Numbered from the stretch's first letter, positions 50,948 through 61,599 are shown. The stretch: 64,000 nucleotides of DNA from a virus (IMGVR_UViG_3300042562_000747:1-64000); one strand, 5' to 3'. Notes: generated by a model not told the origin, from the letters alone. Program-made: numbers and translations.

Positions 50948-52012
50948 TTAATATTTATGTGTTCTAAATGTGAATTTTTTATCTTCACTTTTACCATTAG
51001 CATCCACATCTTTAACTGTAATTTTTAAAGTCCAATCAGTTCTAGATGGTCCTTTGGAACTCCACCAGTGTTCTCTGTAAGTACCTCCATTCCCTGTAGT
51101 CCAAGCTGAATTAGGGTTTTCTGTTGAAAATCGTTTTGTTTCGTTTGCTTTTAATGTAATTGGCAATGTAAATCCAAAATCAAATGGAAGTTGTTTATAA
51201 CCGGCGGCGCATTCTACCATTACAGTTACATCCTTTGGTCCAACTACTATATCAAAATAAGCACTCCAAGCAGTTTTTAAATTACCACCGGCGGGTATAA
51301 ATTTATTAGCAACTCCATTAGGTCCACCATTAAAATCATTTATAAAATCAAATCCATCTAATTTTCGTTTTGTAGGGTCACCACCATCGAATACAATAGT
51401 AGATAATTCACCAGTTGCAATACCACCTGCTGCTACCGCCTGTGCTTTTGCACTTAGTTGTTGTGCTGCTACTTGTAAACTTGCATTTGCTTGCGCTAAT
51501 AAATTATTTAATGTATCTATTTGTTTAATTAATGCTGTTTTTTGTGCAACTAATCCCGTATTCTCTGCTTCTAATGAAGTTCTTTCTGTTGCTTCATTTA
51601 TTGCCTTAGTTAATGATGTTGTTAAATTAGATTTTAAATCTAATGTAGTTTGTTGTATTGAACCTAATTTATTATTTAATCCTGCGTTTTGTACTCTTAA
51701 ATTATCATTATCAAGATATAAAGAACTACTATCTGCCATTAGCGCCTGAACCCTTGCTTTTAAAGAATCAACATCTGCAGTTAACATATTTACTTGAATT
51801 TGTAAATCTGCACTATGTGATAATTCAGTATCATATATTGGTTTAGGAACTAAATCTAATCTTATTTCAGGCAATGGTTTTATAAGTTCCGTTACTTGTA
51901 AATTAACTGATTTAGACAATTCATTACTATTGTATTGGTCTAAATATAATTTAGTAGTAATCGTTTCTTCCGTACTATTAGTTGTATCTATATATTTTTT
52001 AGTTAATGCCAT
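50948..52012 (-). CDS. Coiled-coil + C-terminal beta domain protein (probably structural)
   Basis: Long heptad stretch followed by a G/aromatic-rich domain. Confidence 0.5.
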   Translation of the reverse strand: MALTKKYIDTTNSTEETITTKLYLDQYNSNELSKSVNLQVTELIKPLPEIRLDLVPKPIYDTELSHSADLQIQVNMLTADVDSLKARVQALMADSSSLYLDNDNLRVQNAGLNNKLGSIQQTTLDLKSNLTTSLTKAINEATERTSLEAENTGLVAQKTALIKQIDTLNNLLAQANASLQVAAQQLSAKAQAVAAGGIATGELSTIVFDGGDPTKRKLDGFDFINDFNGGPNGVANKFIPAGGNLKTAWSAYFDIVVGPKDVTVMVECAAGYKQLPFDFGFTLPITLKANETKRFSTENPNSAWTTGNGGTYREHWWSSKGPSRTDWTLKITVKDVDANGKSEDKKFTFRTHKY

Positions 52013-53124
52013 TATTTGTAAATATCAAATGTACCGATTTCAAAAATTTCTTCATTATCACTAGTAATTGATTTTACTAATAATGTATAATTTCTACCAA
52101 CTGGCCAATTCTGAAAATTTAATTTTACTAAACTATTAAATTGACCTTTTATAACTTTACTTGCATCGGAATATCCTATAATAGTTTCTTTTGTTAAAGT
52201 ATCAATTACACTATAATATGCCGTTGATGGTAAATAATATTTTACTTGATATACAAAGGCAGTATTAAATTGTTTTATTGGATATAATTCTCTTGCATCA
52301 ATTTTAAGTGTTACCTTTTGTCCTTCTTGATATGATGTTTTTAAATTTGGTGAATAGCATCTATACGAAACATCATAACTACTGCTATTAATAAAATCAG
52401 TAATGTTTGTCAAACTTCCACTAACTACATCCGTTTCTAAATAAGTAATAACTAATTTAGGTTGATAAATTGTATTAGTTTCTTTTGAAAACATTTTAAT
52501 ACTACCATAATCAACTAAATCAGTTTCTTTATCAGTTGGAAACTTAAGTATAATACCATTATTTGTTATACTGCCACTATTCCATTTTTTAACAAATTCA
52601 GTAACATCTAAATTAATATCTTCTAAGGTGTACTGGAACGATTGTGAGGATACCGATGAGGTAAACCACGTACCACCAAGCCCACTCTGAGAACCGGTTG
52701 TAAAGGGGTTAAAACTAGCTCCTTGCCCCTCTACATATGTATTGTTCCAAATAGTAGAAGTGTCATCTCCATTTTTATAATACCAGGTTGCACCATTTGT
52801 AGTAATGTTATCAAAACGAGTACCAGTACCATTTTCCCAACTTTGAGAAATTGGATATGCCTCTACATTAAATCTCGCGGCAATTTCGTCTGCTTTAGTT
52901 ATTTTTAATTGCAATGATGCAGTAAATGAACCACTTGGTATTGTACGATTTGCTATACTCTTAGATATTTCAGTAGTATCAAACTGAATTAATACTCTAC
53001 TCGTATCAGGTGTGCCACCATAATACACTTTAGAAATTTCTAACATTTCATCTATACCAGTATTTTGGTAAGGTTGTTGTAAGTATATAGTTGCATCTTG
53101 TGATGCGGTATAAAATAATATCAT
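52012..53124 (-). CDS. DNRLRE-like domain structural protein
   Basis: DATIY..NTG.DE, SRVLIQFD, WENGTG..TW, LDVT..W..NNG, FSKET..PKL. Confidence 0.65.
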   Translation of the reverse strand: MILFYTASQDATIYLQQPYQNTGIDEMLEISKVYYGGTPDTSRVLIQFDTTEISKSIANRTIPSGSFTASLQLKITKADEIAARFNVEAYPISQSWENGTGTRFDNITTNGATWYYKNGDDTSTIWNNTYVEGQGASFNPFTTGSQSGLGGTWFTSSVSSQSFQYTLEDINLDVTEFVKKWNSGSITNNGIILKFPTDKETDLVDYGSIKMFSKETNTIYQPKLVITYLETDVVSGSLTNITDFINSSSYDVSYRCYSPNLKTSYQEGQKVTLKIDARELYPIKQFNTAFVYQVKYYLPSTAYYSVIDTLTKETIIGYSDASKVIKGQFNSLVKLNFQNWPVGRNYTLLVKSITSDNEEIFEIGTFDIYK

Positions 53125-55139
53125 TATAATGCTCTCCCTTTAATATCTTTCCCTGGATATTTTAATTCAAATATAGAAGGGTCTAATGATGGATAAACAA
53201 TTTTGTTTTTAGTTGCTTCTACTATATTATAAGAATATTGTGAATATATAGTTCCACTCGCATCTACTAAATTTACAACCTCAACTTTAGGAACAGATGA
53301 AACACCCGATACATTTGCTATTTCTAATTCTAATTCACTTATATTAATTGGTTGTGAAATTTTCCATTTTGTAATATCAAAATAATTAGCAATTGCTTGT
53401 GTACATTTTAATACCACTTCTCTTTTATTATAATTTGAAAATACAGTTATATCAAAGTTAACCCCAATATTAACTACATACCCATCTATAATATTTATAG
53501 CATCTGTCATTAATCTAAATTCTTCTAAATATATTTTTAAGTTTTGTTTAATAGTAGAATTTAATACACTTAATTTACCATATGTATTATATCCCAATAA
53601 ATACAAATTAATTGCAAATGGATTGCTTTCTACTGCAAATGTTTGTTTTGTTTTTAAAAATACATCCAATGCATCTATAATCTCAGTATCAGATGATTTT
53701 TGTAAATTTTTAACTAATCCAATAAAATCTTTTTTAACTGATGGATTTCTTAGTAATTGTTGCGCTGCTCCCGTATCTATATTTCCATCTTGTTCAACAT
53801 ATGCTTTTGCAATACTACCAAAAATTGGGTCCATTGCTAATGCTCTAACTTCATAATCCTTTTTAGTTACTGCTCTATTTTGTGCTCCAAAATTTGCAAT
53901 TGCATTTTCTCTTATTTCTTCTAATGTTTCATTTCCTCTACCACCACTTGCGGGTTCTAAATTTTCAACACCCAATGAATTTTTACTTTGTTGATATGTT
54001 GGTAAATCTATATCAGCTATAGCAATTATATCTTCATTAAATGGTGTATAATTTATTTGTGTCAAATCGCCACTTGGTACATTTGCTACTAAACCACCAC
54101 CCGCTAAATAAGTAACTGTCAATATTGTATTTGCCGGTGCTATACCATATGTGTTTGTTTTTAAAAAATTAGATGGGTCAAATGATTCACCCATTCTATT
54201 AATTGAATTCTTTAATCCTAATCCTACGTTTTTAGTATTTGGTATTAATAATTCATCTGGTGTAGATGCGTTTCCACTACCAAATCTTAATTCAACATTT
54301 TGTTCATCCAGTAATCTAGTGACAAACCTTCTAGCTGTTTTTTGTAACTTTAAAAGATACTTAGGTGATTCCGGTCCATGAGAAAGTTTTGGTTCTGCAT
54401 ATTCTGAATTTGGTGATTTTATATAAACCAATTCTTGTGCTAAATAAGGAACTTCATAATAGATATTTTCATTTTCATCAATTACTTTTTCTATTTTAAT
54501 AAAATTTGTACTATTAATTTTAACCGTTGGGTTTGGTTTAAATTCACCCAAATCAAATTTTTGTGTATATCTAGTTGCACTTACTGCCGTTACTGTTTTT
54601 GTTACCAAATATAACAATACATTACCAGTTGTACTTTCCGTTTGAAATATTGTAATTTCTCTATTATGTGCGTCGGCAAAGTCAACCATATCCGTTGTTA
54701 TAAATTGTAAAGTTGGAGATGATTTAGAATTAACAACCATACCTTCATTTATTTTTAAATAGTATCTTTCATCTGGTTCACCATTTATTGCAGGTAAGGT
54801 TTGGTATAATGTTAATGTAGTAGCAGCCGGTGAGGAAATTTTTGGTTTATATCCTAAATTTTGCGCCAATTGATAAATATTATTTTTATTACCAGCTAAA
54901 TTAATAAAAGATTCTTTTAATTGTGCATCGGTATAATAAGAAAGTACATCACCTACATATGAAGCTTGTTCAATAAACATCATACCAGGTGATGCTTCAC
55001 TAAAATCATTGTATGTACTACTAAAATATGTTTTAGTAAATTCTATTAATGCTTGTCTTAAAGAACTAAAATCTCTATTGGTATATTTTATATCCTTTTT
55101 ATTAGTTGACCAGCTTTTATCTATTGGATTAAGAGCCAT
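53124..55139 (-). CDS. Baseplate wedge subunit (T4 gp6 / baseplate J-like)
   Basis: YTNRDF, YNDFSEASPG, AQNLGYKP, FGSG, ASGG..ETLEEIR, QNRAVTKKDY. Confidence 0.88.
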   Translation of the reverse strand: MALNPIDKSWSTNKKDIKYTNRDFSSLRQALIEFTKTYFSSTYNDFSEASPGMMFIEQASYVGDVLSYYTDAQLKESFINLAGNKNNIYQLAQNLGYKPKISSPAATTLTLYQTLPAINGEPDERYYLKINEGMVVNSKSSPTLQFITTDMVDFADAHNREITIFQTESTTGNVLLYLVTKTVTAVSATRYTQKFDLGEFKPNPTVKINSTNFIKIEKVIDENENIYYEVPYLAQELVYIKSPNSEYAEPKLSHGPESPKYLLKLQKTARRFVTRLLDEQNVELRFGSGNASTPDELLIPNTKNVGLGLKNSINRMGESFDPSNFLKTNTYGIAPANTILTVTYLAGGGLVANVPSGDLTQINYTPFNEDIIAIADIDLPTYQQSKNSLGVENLEPASGGRGNETLEEIRENAIANFGAQNRAVTKKDYEVRALAMDPIFGSIAKAYVEQDGNIDTGAAQQLLRNPSVKKDFIGLVKNLQKSSDTEIIDALDVFLKTKQTFAVESNPFAINLYLLGYNTYGKLSVLNSTIKQNLKIYLEEFRLMTDAINIIDGYVVNIGVNFDITVFSNYNKREVVLKCTQAIANYFDITKWKISQPINISELELEIANVSGVSSVPKVEVVNLVDASGTIYSQYSYNIVEATKNKIVYPSLDPSIFELKYPGKDIKGRAL

Positions 55140-55140
55140 A

Positions 55141-55563
55141 TTATATTACTATGTTTAATTGTTCTAATGTTGTTGAATTTGAATATTTCAAACTATATTT
55201 CAATTCTAAATCTATTCTATTCATATCTTTTAATGAATCAGATATATCATATACAATACTTTCAATATTAACATATGGCATCCATCTATTAATTGCTTCA
55301 GTAATTCTTGTTTCTAATATAGTATCTAAATCAGATGTAATTGGTTCAAATAAAACTTTTCTTAAATCAGCCCCAAAATCAGGCTCCATTAATCTTTCAC
55401 CTTTGTTAGTTAGTATTAAAGATTTAATATTAGTTTTAATTTGTTCTTTAGTTGTATAAGACACATTAAAATAACCATTATCACCTTTGGTGAGTGGTAA
55501 TGTAATACCTACACTTTTATCTTGTTCATCAATTACAAATTTCTTTTCTAATACTATTGCCAC
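55141..55563 (-). CDS. Baseplate protein gp25/GPW-like
   Basis: NIKSLILTNKGERLMEPDFG..LFEP..WMPYV. Confidence 0.92.
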   Translation of the reverse strand: MAIVLEKKFVIDEQDKSVGITLPLTKGDNGYFNVSYTTKEQIKTNIKSLILTNKGERLMEPDFGADLRKVLFEPITSDLDTILETRITEAINRWMPYVNIESIVYDISDSLKDMNRIDLELKYSLKYSNSTTLEQLNIVI

Positions 55564-55575
55564 TTAGGTTACCCC

Positions 55576-56031
55576 TTATTTGAATTTTTTTACTAATTGT
55601 GAATAATCTCTTGTCATTGCTTTCATAACCGCATTAGCCGCTTCTGGATTCCTTCTTGCTGCCATTGCCATCTTATGTTCTAATGGAATTCCACCTTCTT
55701 CTTGTCCTTGCATATAAGAACTATACTCCGATTGAATTCCACCAACAGGTGCTTCGGGTTGTGCGTATTCTTTAAAATTATCTCCATATCCTAAATCAGC
55801 CGGTGATATCATAGGTCTTGCGGCCTGTGGTCTTTGCCCGTATTGGATTGTGCCGTAGCTACCATCATCTTTTGATTTAAATTCGTAACTTTCGTTCACT
55901 TGTTTCTTTGGTGTTTCAATTTGTTCGTTTAACACTTCGTGAACAGCATTTCGTATTTCTTCTTTAAGAGTTTTTTTAATATCCTCTCTTAAAACTTTTA
56001 CTATTGCTTTGATTAATTGTGTTTGGTCCAT
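55576..56031 (-). CDS. Hypothetical virion-associated protein
   Basis: LRE/LKE/LNE motifs, C-terminal TRDYSQLVK; late-type motif upstream. Confidence 0.5.
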   Translation of the reverse strand: MDQTQLIKAIVKVLREDIKKTLKEEIRNAVHEVLNEQIETPKKQVNESYEFKSKDDGSYGTIQYGQRPQAARPMISPADLGYGDNFKEYAQPEAPVGGIQSEYSSYMQGQEEGGIPLEHKMAMAARRNPEAANAVMKAMTRDYSQLVKKFK

Positions 56032-56061
56032 AAAATTGTTTTTTCTATATATAATTATTTG

Positions 56062-57426
56062 TTATTTCTTTTTTGGGATAATAAATCCATTAATTGATGC
56101 TAATCTTGGGTTCTTTAAAAATACACCCACCCCATCTCTATTAAATCCACCACCGGTTGTGTTTCCTTCAATTGATGTAATCCTACCTTGTGAATTTGGT
56201 TTAGGGTCAGTTACTATACCAATATGATGTGGATGTCCTACTCCATTTGCATAAATAATAGCTGCACCAATTACCGGAGTTGATGACCATAATCCGTTTT
56301 TAATTGCCCATGCTTTCCATGCTGCACATCCCGCTGAGTTTGGTGATTTAGCGCCTGCTTGCTTAAACCAATAACTAACGGCAGCCGCACACCAAAACGC
56401 AGGCCCATTAATCCCAGTTCCATTTAAATATGTAGTAACATACCCACCATAGTTAGATTTGGGTGGAGTTTCCATTACAGGAATAGAAGCCGCTGCTTTT
56501 GCATATGCTACAATTCTTTTACCCACATCATCATCCTTAGTAGATTGTTGTATATTATTTAATGCGGCAGGGTCTACTCCTTTTGATACATTCATTCCGG
56601 TGGCCAACTTTTCAACCGCTAATGATTTCATTTCTCTAGCGGTTTGTACTGTCCTTGTCGCAGGTCCACTATAATCTGCCTCTTGGTCTTCTAATGCTAT
56701 ACCAGGTTTTTTTGTTTCTTCTTTTGCCGCTGCATCTGAATATTTTTCTATAACTGCATCTGCTTGTTTTATTTCTTCTTTTGCACCCTCTTCTTCTTCT
56801 TTTGTTAATTTAAAATCTGCATTATTAAATTCAAATAATGGCGCAGCTTTTATAGAGTTAGATTGTCCAGGTTCTACTATATACACACTCCAATTAATAA
56901 TAGCAGGCCCAACTGGCATAGGAGGAATGTATTGTGATAATGTATAACAAACCCCTTGAATTGTTTGTAAATGTATTTTAGCTAACATAATAAAGTTATC
57001 TAAAAAAATATCAACCTCTTTTATGGGTGGCGTATATCCACTACCAAATTTACCAGGAGTAGTAACTAAGTTATCGGTTACTGATAAATTTAATATTGTA
57101 CCAATTGCAGGTATAATCGGTGTGTTTGTTTTTTGTAATGTTGCACCCGTCCAATATCCAACTACTGCTAATCCTAATAATGTTAAATATGAATTATAAA
57201 ACGCTGGTGTTTTTGCAACCAAAGCAATATTACCGGCGTTTATAATTAATTGTTGCATTAATTCTGTATTGCCTTTCAATACGGGATTGCCGGTTGTAGC
57301 ATCTTTACCACGCTTCATTGCCTCATCATATTTTCTAGTAAAGAAAATGGCAAATTCGTCAGAAGTTTTCCAACTTGCTGCTTTCATTTTATCACCCACT
57401 TCATCTTTAAATTGAGACCAAGACAT
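56062..57426 (-). CDS. Baseplate-associated protein with C-terminal CHAP peptidoglycan hydrolase
   Basis: AFWCAAAV..HHIGIV..IEGNT. Confidence 0.85.
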   Translation of the reverse strand: MSWSQFKDEVGDKMKAASWKTSDEFAIFFTRKYDEAMKRGKDATTGNPVLKGNTELMQQLIINAGNIALVAKTPAFYNSYLTLLGLAVVGYWTGATLQKTNTPIIPAIGTILNLSVTDNLVTTPGKFGSGYTPPIKEVDIFLDNFIMLAKIHLQTIQGVCYTLSQYIPPMPVGPAIINWSVYIVEPGQSNSIKAAPLFEFNNADFKLTKEEEEGAKEEIKQADAVIEKYSDAAAKEETKKPGIALEDQEADYSGPATRTVQTAREMKSLAVEKLATGMNVSKGVDPAALNNIQQSTKDDDVGKRIVAYAKAAASIPVMETPPKSNYGGYVTTYLNGTGINGPAFWCAAAVSYWFKQAGAKSPNSAGCAAWKAWAIKNGLWSSTPVIGAAIIYANGVGHPHHIGIVTDPKPNSQGRITSIEGNTTGGGFNRDGVGVFLKNPRLASINGFIIPKKK

Positions 57427-58724
57427 TATATTAAATAATTAGTTTTAGATAACGCTGTTTTTAAATTATTCTTAACTTGATTAAATGGAGATTTATCAAT
57501 AGGCCCTGGAGCCGAAGGACCAGATGGAGTTGCAATCGTCATTGCATTTATTGCATCTATTAATTGTGTTAATAAATCAACCAATGTATTACCTAATATC
57601 ATTTGTTGTGTTGCACCATCCTTACCTGCATATATTTTTCCATTCTCAACTGTTAATACAATATTCTTACTACCTTTTGTTTGTAATTGTACATTACCAT
57701 TTTGAGAAATAAGATTAAATCCTTTTTCCGTATCTATGGTAACAATATCATCTGTAAAAATACTAAATGTTTTTTTACTAAACAAAAATGTTTCAGCTGT
57801 TTTTGATGAAAAAATTAATCTACCACTATTAACAACTAATTGATTTCCTTTTAAATCATCCGATGATGGATATTTAGCAATTGCTTCTTTATTAACTTTT
57901 ATAGTGGTGGAATCATATAATGTACTATATTCACCTGATGTAATTTGAATTGAAGTACCATCTTTATTAATATCTTCAATCGTTGTTCCAAATACTTTAT
58001 TATTTTGTTGTGAATCTGCATTTTCTCCATTACGAATTAATATAGCTGGATATTGTTTACCATCTATCTTATCACTATGAATATAACCACTAAATCTAAT
58101 ACTATTACCAAATTTACCCTGAATAATAGTATCGCCTTCGTTTGGTTTTAATTGGTGTAATTTAATGTTCCTTTTATAGTATTTTCCTTGAAACCCTTTA
58201 TTTGTTTTTGATTTGGTATTTGTTGGTACATCACTATTTGCTATACCTGTTTGTGATACTTCTTTATAATTTTCAACGCCACCACCTGTTGATGATTCAT
58301 CTGTTTTTTTAATGGATGCATTTAATATATTAATATTAGTATTAAATCCAGTTGTGTTTTGAAATGAAATTGGTGTATAAAAATTTTTACCATTTATTGT
58401 TTGAATATAAACTGTTTCATTTTTTACAGGTAATGTAAAATTATATCTATTTAATGGAAATGCAATAGGTAAACCCTCTTCTTTAGTTTCACTACTATCT
58501 GGCAATCTATATTTTATAGCACCATAATATACACCATCTTTTTCTTCATAATCAGAATTGTTTTCTATTTCTTCAAATAATTTATCGGAATCATTTGTTT
58601 TCTCAACTAAATCATCAATTTCGGTAAATACAAAATTGACAATACCAAGTAACGAAGCATCTGCTTTTGAAGATTGCCCCGCTGCTACTCTACCTCCGGT
58701 GGTAGATTGTCCAAATTGTGCCAT
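57426..58724 (-). CDS. Baseplate central spike/hub (gp5/VgrG-like)
   Basis: PVKNETV (OB-like), EGDTIIQGKFGNSIRF, beta repeats, LGNTL..TPSGPS. Confidence 0.7.
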   Translation of the reverse strand: MAQFGQSTTGGRVAAGQSSKADASLLGIVNFVFTEIDDLVEKTNDSDKLFEEIENNSDYEEKDGVYYGAIKYRLPDSSETKEEGLPIAFPLNRYNFTLPVKNETVYIQTINGKNFYTPISFQNTTGFNTNINILNASIKKTDESSTGGGVENYKEVSQTGIANSDVPTNTKSKTNKGFQGKYYKRNIKLHQLKPNEGDTIIQGKFGNSIRFSGYIHSDKIDGKQYPAILIRNGENADSQQNNKVFGTTIEDINKDGTSIQITSGEYSTLYDSTTIKVNKEAIAKYPSSDDLKGNQLVVNSGRLIFSSKTAETFLFSKKTFSIFTDDIVTIDTEKGFNLISQNGNVQLQTKGSKNIVLTVENGKIYAGKDGATQQMILGNTLVDLLTQLIDAINAMTIATPSGPSAPGPIDKSPFNQVKNNLKTALSKTNYLI

Positions 58725-58725
58725 T

Positions 58726-59145
58726 TTATTTTCCTAATGTTTCTTTTAATAAATCAATTTCGTATTCTAAATCTTCAATCTTATCATCTGTACTTTGTGT
58801 AATTTCTTTAGCTACTACATCCATTTCTTCTAATAATGCTTTTTTATCATCTTCACTTAACCAACCTTCATCACCTGCTTTTTTAGTGTTTGCTAATACT
58901 AACTTTTGTGCTATATTTGCAATCTTAATTAAATGGTCATCATTACTAATACTTGCTTCAATTAGTTGTGTAATTATTGGTCCTATTGTAATTACATCTG
59001 ATGCTTTGGTTACCAATTTTCGCATTTCTTGAATTAAATCCGAAATGTTTTTCTTTTTACTTTGTTGATTTTCATAAATATCACCCAACAAATCACTAAA
59101 TGTTTTTCCTTTAAATAAAGGAAAATTCATGTCTACGCTTGCCAT
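58726..59145 (-). CDS. Helical hypothetical phage protein
   Basis: ORF with late-type motif at 59156-59164; NDDHLIKIA, LSEDDK. Confidence 0.55.
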   Translation of the reverse strand: MASVDMNFPLFKGKTFSDLLGDIYENQQSKKKNISDLIQEMRKLVTKASDVITIGPIITQLIEASISNDDHLIKIANIAQKLVLANTKKAGDEGWLSEDDKKALLEEMDVVAKEITQSTDDKIEDLEYEIDLLKETLGK

Positions 59146-59179
59146 AAATCTTTTTTATAAATATTGTGTATTTAAAAAC

Positions 59180-60874
59180 TTACTTACTAATCAAATAATT
59201 ACCTAATACTAAGTAATCCATTTCACAACTATAAAATGTTTTAATAGCAGTTACTGGGTCTAATACCATAGTTTGACCTCTAAGATTGAATGAGGTATTG
59301 AGTAAGATAGGATAACCACTTAACTTTTCAAATTTCTTAAGTAGTGTAAAAATATGTGGATTGAAAGTAGAACGAACTGTTTGAACTCTCGCGGTTTCAT
59401 CAGCATGAGTAATTGATGGTAAACCTGCAATAAATTTATCCTTAACTTTAAATACTTGATTCATATAAGGAACTTCTTGTCCTAACATCTCAAAGTATTT
59501 ATTTGCATCATCGGATGTAACCATTGGTGCGAAAGGTCTAAATCCTTCTCTTTTTTTAATTACTCTATTTACCTTTGGTTTAATATCTTTGATTGTTGGA
59601 TTTGCTAATATAGAACGATGTCCTAATGCTCTTTGTCCAAATTCACTACCATCTTGAAACCATCCTATAATTGCACCATCATTAATTAAACCAGCCACTT
59701 TTTCTATTAATGGATTATAGTTTTCAAATCTTTTTACTTTATCATGTGGAACTAAATCTGCGATTGCAGATATAAAATCCGCTGCTCCATACGAAGGTCC
59801 TAAAAATGGATTTGAATTATCCACTCTTTTATAATTTGATGTTTTGTAATAAACGTATAAAGCACATCCAATAGCAGAACCTGCATCAGATGGGGCTGGT
59901 GGTACATATACATTCTTATAAGGAGTTTCTATTGTTATCTTACCATTTGCTAATCCATTATATGCACACCCACCACTTAAACATAAATTGTCTTGTGGGT
60001 AATGTTTATAAAAGTTATTTAACATTTGGAAAAATAATCTTTCGTAATGTGCTTGTAATGAAAATGCAATATCCATATAAACAGGTTCTAACTCACTTTC
60101 GGGAACTCTCGGTGCTACATTAAATAGTTCTGCTAGTTTAGAAGTAAACATACCTTTCTCTGAATAATGATATGAGAAATATTTCATATCTAATTCTAAT
60201 GTATTACCATTTAATTTAGCAATCTTTTCAAATTGTTCTCTATATAAATCTTTTTGATTACCATATGCCACTAATCCCATTACTTTGTATTCACCACTAT
60301 TTGGTTTAAATCCTAAGAATGCGGTAATACTTGCATATAATAATCCTAATGAATGTGGGAAATAAGTTCTCTCTAATGGTTGTATATATCTACTTTTTAA
60401 CCCTAATCCTAATATTGCTGTTTCGTTTTCGCCAACACCATCTACGGAGAATAGATGTGCATTTTCAAATGGTGATGTATAGAATGAATATGCTAAATGT
60501 GATATGTGATGTTCTACATATTCTATTGAACCTTTATATCCTAATTGTGTACGAATAATATTTTCAATGTTATTATTCTTTCTCCAAAATATAAGTTTCT
60601 TAGTTAATCCAATTGTTTTAGGGAAATACCTAAACCATTGTTCTTTAAATCTTTCGTATTTTTTCTTAGGGTCTTCGTACCAAACAATTTTATCTATTTG
60701 GTTAATCTTTAATTTGTTTTGTTTTAGAATCCAATTAATTGAATTGATAGGAAATCTTTGGTCGTGCTTTATACCTGTAAATCTTTCTTCTTCTTGTGCC
60801 GATACAACTTTGCCATCTACAATCAATGCAGCTGCTGAGTCGTGGTAAAATGCTGATATTCCTAATATTCTCAT
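59180..60874 (-). CDS. Carbamoyltransferase (NodU/CmcH/TobZ family)
   Basis: ILGISAFYHDSAA, QEERF, EHHISH, DGVGE, EYKVMGL, GQRALGHRS, KKREGFRPFAP, LNTSFN; start MRILG (ATGA overlap). Confidence 0.95.
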   Translation of the reverse strand: MRILGISAFYHDSAAALIVDGKVVSAQEEERFTGIKHDQRFPINSINWILKQNKLKINQIDKIVWYEDPKKKYERFKEQWFRYFPKTIGLTKKLIFWRKNNNIENIIRTQLGYKGSIEYVEHHISHLAYSFYTSPFENAHLFSVDGVGENETAILGLGLKSRYIQPLERTYFPHSLGLLYASITAFLGFKPNSGEYKVMGLVAYGNQKDLYREQFEKIAKLNGNTLELDMKYFSYHYSEKGMFTSKLAELFNVAPRVPESELEPVYMDIAFSLQAHYERLFFQMLNNFYKHYPQDNLCLSGGCAYNGLANGKITIETPYKNVYVPPAPSDAGSAIGCALYVYYKTSNYKRVDNSNPFLGPSYGAADFISAIADLVPHDKVKRFENYNPLIEKVAGLINDGAIIGWFQDGSEFGQRALGHRSILANPTIKDIKPKVNRVIKKREGFRPFAPMVTSDDANKYFEMLGQEVPYMNQVFKVKDKFIAGLPSITHADETARVQTVRSTFNPHIFTLLKKFEKLSGYPILLNTSFNLRGQTMVLDPVTAIKTFYSCEMDYLVLGNYLISK

Positions 60875-61599
60875 CTTGTAATTGTTCGTTTCCAAAACGG
60901 GTCTTTTGATTCTTGTGTTATATCACCTTCATCTAAGAATTGATAGTATAACTTCATTTGGGTTTCTTTCATCTTTGAAACAACCTTAGTTATATAGTGT
61001 GTTTTATAACCAGTCATTTCTCTCACCAATAAGTATAGTGATTTTTTATTAAATGATTCTATAAATTCTGCTCGTCTAAATAATTCTAATACAGCATCTG
61101 CAATCTGAATATCTCTTTTTTTAGAAAATTCTTTATTAAGATTTAAATCCCAATATTGTAACATTCTATCATTAAAAGTTTTAAATTCTTCGTTGTGTGA
61201 TGTTTGTTTAAAATCGTTTTCTAAATCCCAACTAACCGGCATTGCACTTAATTGTGATGTTGCTTTGAAACGTTTGTAGTTAGAATTGTTATTTAAGATA
61301 AGATAGTTACGAGCTGCAATTGTAAAGTAACTAAATGCTTTACCTTTACCTTCTTCAAATTTATGTATCTTCTCTAATAAGAAAGAAACTACTTCATGTT
61401 TGATATCTTCTTTATCATCATCAAAGTAAGTAAATCCCCAAGTGTTTAATACGTTTTCCGATAACTTATAAAATGAATAATGGATGTGTTCGGTATATAA
61501 TTTATTTCGTTCTCTATTATCATCCGATTTGTTATATGCGATAATAGCTGCTTCTGTCATTTCTGTAAAGTATCTAGTATCTTTTTTCTTTCTACCCAT
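60871..61599 (-). CDS. Phage RNA polymerase sigma factor (truncated sigma70 region 2 type, probably late sigma)
   Basis: EDIKHEV..LLEKIHKFEEGKGKAFSYFTIAARNYLI. Confidence 0.75.
   Translation of the reverse strand: MGRKKKDTRYFTEMTEAAIIAYNKSDDNRERNKLYTEHIHYSFYKLSENVLNTWGFTYFDDDKEDIKHEVVSFLLEKIHKFEEGKGKAFSYFTIAARNYLILNNNSNYKRFKATSQLSAMPVSWDLENDFKQTSHNEEFKTFNDRMLQYWDLNLNKEFSKKRDIQIADAVLELFRRAEFIESFNKKSLYLLVREMTGYKTHYITKVVSKMKETQMKLYYQFLDEGDITQESKDPFWKRTITR

Noticed and set aside
1009-60848. All + strand ORFs and short nested - strand ORFs in the track
   Set aside because: They are antisense or off-frame shadows of long motif-bearing genes, with F/L/S/I-biased composition and no motifs.
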